DNA from: Williamsia phyllosphaerae
Lineage (GTDB): Bacteria; Actinomycetota; Actinomycetes; Mycobacteriales; Mycobacteriaceae
Assembly: GCF_014635305.1 (NCBI RefSeq)
Contig: NZ_BMCS01000003.1
Coordinates: forward strand, 705,000-728,999
Direction: 5' to 3'
DNA length: 24,000 nt
Every line of letters begins with the position of its first letter. Positions within the stretch are counted from its first letter, which is position 1. The position numbers were made by a program, and so were the translations under genes. A model generated the notes under the pieces. That model did no database searches, had not been told where the DNA came from, and saw nothing but the letters and a program-made list of their open reading frames with translations. Shown one piece after another: positions 8,050 through 14,939 of this stretch.

Positions 8050-8757
8050 TCAGCCGATGGAGAACGGCTTGCCGTACAGGGTGACCTTCTGCTGGCTCTC
8101 GCCGGTGGTCTCGACCACCGTGAACGCGCGGGCCTGGGCGTAACCGCCACATCCCTGGATCTGCAGCTGGGCGCGATCGTAGGAGATGTAGTAGGTCCCC
8201 TTCTTCTCGATGTTCTTCGAGTTGACGATCACGAAGGAGACCGCACCCGGCGTGAGGGGCAGCGAGAACGACCCGTTGACCGTCGCGGTGGGCAGCGCCG
8301 CGCCGATGTTGCTGACCGTCGCGCCTCCGCCCAGCGTCAGGTTCCCGACCGCGACCTGGCAGCCCACGATGTACCCGGTCGACAGGGTGGCGGCAGCGCC
8401 GTTCGTCTCGGTCGAGTTCGTGCCGAGGGTGCCCGACGTCGAGCTGCTCTCGCTCTGCGCACCACGGTTCGGTCCGGCCTTCTTGGACTTGAGGTTCGGC
8501 GCGGACAGCTTGATGTCCGCGGACACCCATGCGGTCCGACCGGCGCCGTTGGCCGCCAGCGACGGCGAGAGCTGGGCCCGCTCGTTGGAGCGGGTGAGGG
8601 CGATGCCGTCGTCACCGCGGATGGCCCCGTTGGGGAGCTTGACGAAGGTGTCGGCGTTGGCCGCACCCGGAGCGACGAGACCGACTGCGGCAGCGCCGAC
8701 CATGGTCATCGCTCCGAGCGATGCCGCCCGCCGCAACGCGGTGGAGTTCTTGCTCAT
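8050..8757 (-). CDS. MspA-family porin (paralog 2)
   Basis: Track ORF 8050..8775 uses a TTG start. I trimmed it to ATG at 8757 (MSKNSTALRRAASLG...), which has AAAGAGGA 4 nt upstream. The signal peptide ends PGAANA|DTFVKLPNG. It shares the blocks GYIVGCQV, GC.GYAQAR and YGKPFSIG with the downstream paralog. Confidence 0.7.
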   Translation of the reverse strand: MSKNSTALRRAASLGAMTMVGAAAVGLVAPGAANADTFVKLPNGAIRGDDGIALTRSNERAQLSPSLAANGAGRTAWVSADIKLSAPNLKSKKAGPNRGAQSESSSTSGTLGTNSTETNGAAATLSTGYIVGCQVAVGNLTLGGGATVSNIGAALPTATVNGSFSLPLTPGAVSFVIVNSKNIEKKGTYYISYDRAQLQIQGCGGYAQARAFTVVETTGESQQKVTLYGKPFSIG

Positions 8758-8822
8758 TGTTCCTCTTTCGGACAATCGGGACCCGGAGCGCGCTCACGGA
8801 TCACATTCACTTCAATGGGTGT

Positions 8823-8861
8823 CGATCGAGCTGACTGGTGGAGAGCTGACTCTCTCGATCG
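8823..8861. promoter_or_regulatory. 8-bp inverted repeat (CGATCGAG ... CTCGATCG) enclosing two 9-bp direct repeats (GAGCTGACT at 8828-8836 and 8843-8851)
   Basis: Read directly from the sequence. It lies 66-104 nt upstream of the porin-2 ATG (8757). It is a candidate operator or leader RNA hairpin; its function is unknown. Confidence 0.3.
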
Positions 8862-8880
8862 GCAGAAGCCTGATGGAGTG

Positions 8881-8911
8881 AAAAGAACACGCGGTGAACG
8901 AGTTCCCGCGT
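8881..8911 (-). terminator. candidate intrinsic terminator on the minus strand (hairpin plus U-rich tail)
   Basis: Minus-strand RNA reads ACGCGG-G-GA-ACUCGU-UC-CCGCGU followed by GUUCUUUUC. Plus-strand pairs are 8889-8894 with 8906-8911 and 8896-8897 with 8904-8905, with one bulge. This is the only hairpin with a U-tract that I found in the window. It could terminate amt (stop at 9112) or act as an attenuator in a porin leader. Confidence 0.4.
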
Positions 8912-9027
8912 TTCGGTGACAACGACGCCCCCATGGTGTGAACGCGGGCCGATTTCGATCACAGAACCGGTCAAATCGTAATGCGAAGCCCACCAAACGA
9001 TTTGGACGCCCCGATTGGCCATCTGAT

Positions 9028-9039
9028 GTTCACGTGAAC
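9028..9039. promoter_or_regulatory. perfect 12-bp palindrome GTTCACGTGAAC
   Basis: Read directly from the sequence. It lies in the lower-GC spacer, 73-84 nt downstream of the amt stop and about 270 nt upstream of the porin-2 ATG. With no loop, a protein-binding dyad is more plausible than an RNA hairpin. Confidence 0.3.
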
Positions 9040-9111
9040 CGAGGGGGTGACGTGCGGAGGCGCGAGATCACGGACGGTGCGTCGATCCCGGTGACTCCTC
9101 CGGATCAGTCG

Positions 9112-10440
9112 CTATATGTCGACGCGACCACCGCGCGAGGCGGCCATGTCGTACGCGGTCTCGGCGTGCTCGGCGTCGTCGATGCCGTCGGCCTCGTCCT
9201 GCGGATGTGCACGGACGCCGATGGTCGCCTTGAGCACGAGTGCGATGACGGCGGTCACCGCCATCGCGTATCCGCCGACGGCCAGGACGGCCACCAACTG
9301 CCGCCAGAGCTGATCGAACCCGCCTCCGTAGAACAGCCCGTCGACGCCTGCGGGCGACGCACTGCTCGCGACGAGGCCGATCATGAGCGTGCCGACGACG
9401 CCGCCCACGAGGTGCACACCGACGACGTCGAGCGAGTCGTCGTATCCCAGCTTGTATTTCAGCTCGATCGCCAGGGAGCTGACCGCACCGGTGACGATAC
9501 CGATGGCCAGCGCGCCTATCGGGGTCACCGAAGCGCAGGCGGGGGTGATCGCGACCAGCCCGGCGACGACACCCGAAGCGGCGCCGAACGAGGTCGGTTT
9601 GCCCTGTCGGATACGTTCGACGAGGAGCCAGCTCATCATCGACACCGCCCCGGCCCCGAGCGTGTTGGCCAGGGCCAGGGCCGCGGTGCCGTCGGCCGCG
9701 AGAGCGGAACCGGCGTTGAAGCCGAACCACCCGAGCCACAGCAAACCCGCGCCGAGCATGACCGCGGGCAGGTTGTGCGGACGCATCGGGTCGCGCGGCC
9801 ACCCACGTCGGGTCCCGACGACCAGGGCGAGCACGAGAGCGGATGCACCCGAATTGATCTCGACGGCGGTTCCACCGGCGAAGTCGATCGCCCGCAGGTG
9901 GTTGACGATCCATCCGCCCTTCTCGGCGGCCAGTCCGTCCAGGGCGAACACCCAGTGCGCCACCGGGAAGTACACCAGCGTCGCCCACAGCGCGGCGAAC
10001 AGCAGCCACGCGGTGAACTTCATCCGGTCGGCGACCGCACCGGCGATCAACGCCACGGTCACCATCGCGAACCCGGCCTGGAACATCACGAAGACCATGG
10101 CCGGGATGGTGCCGACCAGTGGGATGGCGGCCGACGCCGGCTCACCCGGCGCGTAGTCGCCACCGAAGAGATGTCTCAGCCCGGCGAACTGGGTGGGGTC
10201 ACCGATCACTCCCCCGATGTCGTCGCCGAACGCCAACGAGTACCCGAAAACCAGCCACAGCACCCACACGACTCCGACGGCCGAGAAGCACATCATCATC
10301 ATGTTCAGGACGCTCTTCGCGCGCACCATACCGCCGTAGAAGAAGGCGAGCGCCGGGGTCATCACGAGGACGAGAGCCGCACTTGCCATCACCCAGGCGG
10401 TGTTCGCCGCGTCGGGCGCACCGATGATCGGGTAGGTCAC
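9112..10440 (-). CDS. amt: ammonium transporter (Amt family)
   Basis: Polytopic membrane protein with Amt signatures (VMTPALAFFYGGMVR; AIDFAGGTAVEINSGASALVLALVVG; DDSLDVVGVHLVGGVVGTL). The track start is TTG 10479. I prefer GTG at 10440 (VTYPIIGAPD...), which has AGGAG 5 nt upstream; GTG at 10443 is also possible. Confidence 0.9.
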   Translation of the reverse strand: MTYPIIGAPDAANTAWVMASAALVLVMTPALAFFYGGMVRAKSVLNMMMMCFSAVGVVWVLWLVFGYSLAFGDDIGGVIGDPTQFAGLRHLFGGDYAPGEPASAAIPLVGTIPAMVFVMFQAGFAMVTVALIAGAVADRMKFTAWLLFAALWATLVYFPVAHWVFALDGLAAEKGGWIVNHLRAIDFAGGTAVEINSGASALVLALVVGTRRGWPRDPMRPHNLPAVMLGAGLLWLGWFGFNAGSALAADGTAALALANTLGAGAVSMMSWLLVERIRQGKPTSFGAASGVVAGLVAITPACASVTPIGALAIGIVTGAVSSLAIELKYKLGYDDSLDVVGVHLVGGVVGTLMIGLVASSASPAGVDGLFYGGGFDQLWRQLVAVLAVGGYAMAVTAVIALVLKATIGVRAHPQDEADGIDDAEHAETAYDMAASRGGRVDI

Positions 10441-10515
10441 CACAGCTCCTTTGCTTCTCTGCAGTCGAACGACGGTCAAATTAGCAGTAGGTGACCCACC
10501 CGATGCGTCCGCACG

Positions 10516-12495
10516 TCAGATGGTGGCGGCCAACCGATCTGCTAGCAACCGGCTGAAGCGTGCCGAATCGGACAGCTCGCCGCCCTCGGCGATGACGGCC
10601 ATCCCGTAGATCAGCTCGGCGGTGTCGGCCAGCGACGGATCGTCGGCCTTGGTGTCGCGGGCCGACTGCAGCGCCGTGATGAGCGGATGGTCGGGATTGA
10701 GCTCGAGGATCCGCTTGGTCGGCGGCAGCATCTGGCCCGATGCACGGTAGAGCTTCTCCATCTGCGGCGAGAAGCTGAACGTGTCGCCGACCAGGCAGGC
10801 CGGGGAATCGGTGAGACGCGTCGACAGTCGGGTCTCCTTGACGTGGTCGGCGAGAGCCTCGGTCAGCCAGCCGGTGAGGTCGGCGAACTTCGCCTCGCGC
10901 TCCTCCCGCTCGGTGGCCGCCTCCTTCTTCTCGTCGTCGGACTTGCCCGCGTCGTCGTCGAGATCGACCTCACCCTTCGCGATCGACCGCAGGGCCTTGC
11001 CGTCGAACTCGGGGACCGAGCCGACCCACATCTCGTCCACCGGGTCGCCGAGCAGCAGCACCTCGATGCCCTTCGCACGAAAGGCCTCGATGTGCGGCGA
11101 GTTCTCCATGGCCTGGCGCGATTCGCCGGTGAGGTAATAGATCTCGTCCTGCCCGACCTTCATCCGACCGACGTAGTCCGCGAGGGTGGTCATCGTGTCC
11201 GGGTCGTTGGTCGACTCGAACGACGAGATCGCGAGCAGGGCGTCCTTGTTGTCCTGGTCGTTGATCAGGCCCTCCTTGATCGCGCGCCCGAACTGCGACC
11301 ACAGCGTGGTGTAGTCCTCGGGGCGCGAGGTCTGGATGTCCTTGATCGTCGAGAGGACCTTCTTGGTGAGCCGACGCCTGATGGCACGGATCTGGCGGTC
11401 CTGCTGCAGGATCTCCCGAGAGACGTTGAGCGACAGGTCCGCCGCGTCCACCACACCCTTGACGAAGCGCAGGTACTCGGGGATCAGTTCCTCGCAGTCG
11501 TCCATGATGAACACCCGCTTGACGTAGAGCGAGATGCCGCCGTTGCGTTCGCGCATGAACAGGTCGAACGGCGCCTGGGTCGGGATGAACAGCAGCGCCT
11601 GGTACTCGAACGTGCCCTCCGCGCGCAGCGCGATCGTCTCGAGCGGCTCGTCCCAGGCGTGGGAGACGTGGCGGTAGAACTCGGTGTACTCCTCCGGCTC
11701 CACCTCGTCCTTGGACTTCGACCACAGCGCCTTCATCGAGTTCAACTGCTGGCTCTCGACGACCGTTCGGGTGACCGGCTCGGCGTCGGTCGCCTCGTCG
11801 GTGTCGTCATCGGTCTCCGGCGTGACGGTCTCGGTGCGCTCGACGTCCATGCGGATGGGCCAGGCGATGAAGTCCGAGTACTTCTTGACCAGCTCGCGGA
11901 TCTTCGCGTCGTCGGCGTAGTCGTGCAGAGCGTCGTCGGTGTCGGCGGGCTTGAGGTGCAACGTGACCGACGTACCCTGCGGCGCATCCGGGACGGACTC
12001 GATGGTGTAAGTCCCGGCCCCGGTGGACTCCCACTTGGTGCCCTCGGTCTCCCCCGCCTTGCGGGTGAGCAGCGTGACGGTGTCGGCCACCATGAAGGTC
12101 GAGTAGAAACCGATACCGAACTGGCCGATCAGGTCCTGGGAGGCCGCCGAGTCCTTGGCCTCGGCCAACTTCTTGCGCAACTCGGCGGTGCCCGACCGGG
12201 CGAGCGTGCCGATCAGACCGACGACGTCGTCACGGGACATGCCGATGCCGTTGTCCCGGATGGTGAGGACCCGCGCCTCGGGGTCGCGCTCGATGGTGAT
12301 GTGCAGATCCGACGTGTCGACGTCGAGATCTTTGTTCTGGTAGGCCTCGAGGCGCAGCTTGTCGAGGGCATCGGAGGCGTTCGACACCAACTCGCGCAGA
12401 AAGCTGTCCTTGTTCGAGTAGACGGAATGGACCATGAGGTCGAGCAATTGGCGGGTCTCGGCCTGGAATTCACGTTCTTCGACAGGTGTGCTCAC
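10516..12495 (-). CDS. htpG: molecular chaperone HtpG (Hsp90)
   Basis: Hsp90 N-terminal ATPase signature [40 protein letters not shown], then [16 protein letters not shown]. The track ORF extends to 12606. I trimmed it to GTG at 12495 ([11 protein letters not shown]...), preceded by GGAGAAGAG. This gives 659 aa, a normal HtpG length. Confidence 0.93.
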
Positions 12496-12520
12496 TGTTG
12501 ATCTCTTCTCCTGTGTCGTG

Positions 12521-12538
12521 ATCGAGTCGGCACTCGAT
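12521..12538. promoter_or_regulatory. perfect palindrome ATCGAGT-CGGC-ACTCGAT upstream of htpG (candidate heat-shock operator)
   Basis: 7-bp arms and a 4-bp spacer, 26-43 nt upstream of the htpG GTG. On the htpG strand it overlaps a TANNNT-type -10 candidate (TAACAT, 12542-12537). The half-sites resemble the HspR HAIR element (CTTGAGT-N7-ACTCAAG) but with different spacing. Confidence 0.35.
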
Positions 12539-12644
12539 GTTACCGACCGTGCGATCGGCCCACCCCGCCGCCCGCGGTGGTGTATCCCGGAGGGGCCGGT
12601 CCCCACCGGAGCCCGCCGTCATCGTTCATCGGAAGAGGTCAGTC

Positions 12645-14066
12645 GTGTCCCCATCACCCGAGCCCAGTAGCGCCGCGTCGAGCCCCAGGAGCATCCCCAC
12701 CGACACCCACCTGTCGCCCGCCTACACCGGACGGTTGTCGACGCAGAAGATCCCGGCGCTGCGGATGCCCGCGGAGTCGATGGACCCCGACGCGGCGTAC
12801 CGGTTCATCCACGACGAGATGATGTTCGACGGGGTGTCGCGGCTGAACCTGGCCACCTTCGTCACCACCTGGATGGATCCACAGGCCGAGAAACTCATGG
12901 CCGAGACCTTCGACAAGAACATGATCGACAAGGACGAGTACCCGGCCACGTCGGCGATCGAGTCCCGGTGCGTGTCGATGGTCGCCGACCTCTTCAACGC
13001 CCCCGACCTCGATCCGACCGACCCGTCCAGCGCCGTCGGCGTCAGCACGATCGGCTCCAGCGAGGCCGTGATGTTGGCCGGCCTGGCGATGAAGTGGCGA
13101 TGGCGGGCACGTCGGCGCGAGGCCGGCGCCGACACGCACCGCCCCAACCTCGTTCTCGGCTCGAACGTGCAGGTGGTCTGGGAGAAGTTCTGTCGGTACT
13201 TCGACGTCGACGCCGTCTACCTGCCGGTGGAGCCGGGCCGCTACGTGATCACCCCCGACCAGGTCACCGCCGCGATCGACGAGAACACCATCGGTGTCGT
13301 GGCCATCCTGGGGACGACATTCACCGGTGAACTGGAACCGGTGGCCGAGATCGTCGCGGCCCTCGACGAGGTCGCGGCCAATGGCGGGGTCGACGTGCCG
13401 GTCCACGTCGACGCGGCGAGCGGCGGGTTCGTGGTCCCCTTCACCGATCCCGGACTGGAGTGGGACTTCCGTCTGGAGCGGGTCGTGTCGATCAACGCCA
13501 GCGGCCACAAGTACGGACTGACCTACCCCGGCATCGGCTTCGCGGTGTGGCGCGGCAAGGAGTTCCTCCCCGAGGAGCTGGTGTTCCACGTCAACTACCT
13601 CGGCGGCGACATGCCGACCTTCACCCTCAACTTCTCGCGCCCGGGCAACCAGGTGATCGGCCAGTACTACAACTTCCTGCGCCTCGGGTTCGAGGGATAC
13701 CGGTCGATCATGACCTGCCTGACCGAGACGGCGCAGTGGCTCGCGAAGCAGCTCGGTGCGATGTCGGAGTTCGAGATCATCTCCGATGGGTCCGCCATCC
13801 CGGTGGTGACGTTCGCGACCACCGGCGACCCGGGTTTCTCGGTGTTCGACCTGTCCCGAGCGCTGGCCGCGTTCGGGTGGCAGGTCCCGGCGTACACGAT
13901 GCCGGACAACGCCACCGACGTCGCGGTGCTGCGCATCGTCGTCCGTGAGGGCTTCTCCGCCGACATGGCGCGCGTCCTGTGCGAGAACATCACCACCACC
14001 ATCGCCGGGCTGCGCCAGGTGCGCGCCTCGGGCGAGCTCCCCCACCGCAATCACTTCAAGCACTGA
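12645..14066 (+). CDS. gadB: glutamate decarboxylase (PLP-dependent)
   Basis: Very close to mycobacterial GadB as I recall it (PAYTGR...PALRMP.ESMDPDAAYRFIHDEMMFDG.SRLNLATFVTTWMDPQAEKLMAETFDKNMIDKDEYPAT). The PLP-lysine motif is NASGHKYGLTYPGIGFAVWR. I trimmed the start from track 12537 to GTG 12645, which has GGAAGAGG 6 nt upstream. Confidence 0.9.
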   Translation: MSPSPEPSSAASSPRSIPTDTHLSPAYTGRLSTQKIPALRMPAESMDPDAAYRFIHDEMMFDGVSRLNLATFVTTWMDPQAEKLMAETFDKNMIDKDEYPATSAIESRCVSMVADLFNAPDLDPTDPSSAVGVSTIGSSEAVMLAGLAMKWRWRARRREAGADTHRPNLVLGSNVQVVWEKFCRYFDVDAVYLPVEPGRYVITPDQVTAAIDENTIGVVAILGTTFTGELEPVAEIVAALDEVAANGGVDVPVHVDAASGGFVVPFTDPGLEWDFRLERVVSINASGHKYGLTYPGIGFAVWRGKEFLPEELVFHVNYLGGDMPTFTLNFSRPGNQVIGQYYNFLRLGFEGYRSIMTCLTETAQWLAKQLGAMSEFEIISDGSAIPVVTFATTGDPGFSVFDLSRALAAFGWQVPAYTMPDNATDVAVLRIVVREGFSADMARVLCENITTTIAGLRQVRASGELPHRNHFKH

Positions 14067-14171
14067 CCGCCGGGGCGCCGACCGCGGGGCACTAGTCTTC
14101 AGATGACCGCGTACCGGCGCTGAACGTCACGGCGTCGCGACGATCGAGGTGAGAACCGGGGAGGGAGAGTC

Positions 14172-14930
14172 GTGGGGGCTCCGAGCGTTCTGTTCGTCCA
14201 CGCGCACCCGGACGACGAGTCGCTGTGGACCGGCGGGACCATCGCTCGGATCGTCGAGGCGGGATCGGCGACGTCGGTCCTCACCTGCACGTGGGAGTCC
14301 GGCACACCCCGTCACACCGAGCTCACGAGCGCTCTGCGCATCCTCGGGGTCGACGCCCCCATCGCACTCGGCTACGCCGACGGCGGTTTCCCCGAGTCCG
14401 CGCCGCAGTCGGCGGCGTTGTGCGAGTGCCGGTTCGACGACGCCGTCCGCCAGATCGTCGAACACATCCGGATCCTGAGGCCCGACATCGTCGTCACCTA
14501 CGACGCGTACGGGATCTACGGTCATCCCGACCACATCCAGACGCACCGCCTCGCGCTGGCGGCGGTCGAGGCCGCGGCGTGTGGGCCGCTCTACCCCGAG
14601 GCCGGTCCCGCCTGGCAGGCACGGTCGCTGTACCTGTCGACCGTGCCGACCCGGGTGATGCACCGGATACGACACCAGGTCAGCGCCGGCCCGCCGGCGG
14701 CCGGCGCGGTCAGCCCGGGCACGCCGGAGGCCGCCATCGACCTCGAGCTCGACGTGTCGGCGTGGGTGGAACAGAAGTGGTCGGCCATCGGCGCACACCG
14801 GTCGGAGATGGACCGTAGCCCTGCCCTGGTGGAACTCGCCGCCCTCGATGTCGCTCGGCGCAACGCACTGCTGGGCACCGAGTGGTACCTCCGCCGCGAT
14901 CTCGTCGCGGGCGGCGCCGACCTCGTGTGA
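14172..14930 (+). CDS. PIG-L/LmbE-family N-acetylglucosaminyl deacetylase (MshB/Mca-like)
   Basis: 252 aa with a GTG start. It has the family zinc-binding motifs VLFVHAHPDDES and YGIYGHPDH. At this length it is shorter than canonical MshB or Mca, so I make only the family call. Confidence 0.8.
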   Translation: MGAPSVLFVHAHPDDESLWTGGTIARIVEAGSATSVLTCTWESGTPRHTELTSALRILGVDAPIALGYADGGFPESAPQSAALCECRFDDAVRQIVEHIRILRPDIVVTYDAYGIYGHPDHIQTHRLALAAVEAAACGPLYPEAGPAWQARSLYLSTVPTRVMHRIRHQVSAGPPAAGAVSPGTPEAAIDLELDVSAWVEQKWSAIGAHRSEMDRSPALVELAALDVARRNALLGTEWYLRRDLVAGGADLV

Positions 14931-14939
14931 GCCGAGCGT

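Noticed and set aside
8807-9022. 71-aa minus-strand ORF in the amt-porin spacer, with tandem Trp codons (TGG TGG) near its start, as a possible leader peptide
   Set aside because: It has no SD and many A/T-ending codons. It reads straight through all three hairpin segments and the U-tract rather than stopping before them, and it is far too long for an attenuation leader peptide. The overlapping 80-aa ORF 8754..8996 is equally unconvincing.
9084-9106. Hairpin GATCCCGG-N8-CCGGATC just after the amt stop, as the amt terminator
   Set aside because: It is a 7-bp stem with a bulge and has no U-tract. It is much weaker than the 8881-8911 candidate, so I kept it only as a remark.
8938-10494. 518-aa + strand ORF
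   Set aside because: It is antisense to the ammonium transporter. Its composition (Arg/Asp/Gly/His runs) is not protein-like, whereas the opposite strand encodes a textbook Amt protein.
10444-10515. Possible GlnR box upstream of amt
   Set aside because: Only the first a-site (GTCAC) fits the gTnAC-N6-GaAAC consensus. The b-sites (CTAAT, GCAGA) are poor. It is noted under the amt finding but not called as a feature.
10687-12501. 604-aa + strand ORF
   Set aside because: It is antisense to htpG, whose Hsp90 signatures are unambiguous.
12496-12606. N-terminal extensions of track ORFs. Besides htpG here, they are recD 16824-17003, recB 20150-20581, gadB 12537-12644, amt 10441-10479 and porin-2 8758-8775.
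   Set aside because: The extensions are Arg/Gly/Pro-rich, or they overlap the upstream gene. Internal starts have SD-like sequences or ATGA coupling and give lengths typical of each family.
12496-12644. Canonical CIRCE (TTAGCACTC-N9-GAGTGCTAA) or canonical HAIR (CTTGAGT-N7-ACTCAAG) upstream of htpG
   Set aside because: Neither consensus is present. GCACTC occurs, but the required partner 9 nt away is absent. Only the non-canonical 7-N4-7 dyad is reported.
12654-14063. 469-aa minus-strand ORF
   Set aside because: It is antisense to glutamate decarboxylase, which has the PLP-lysine motif and a GadB-like N-terminus on the + strand.
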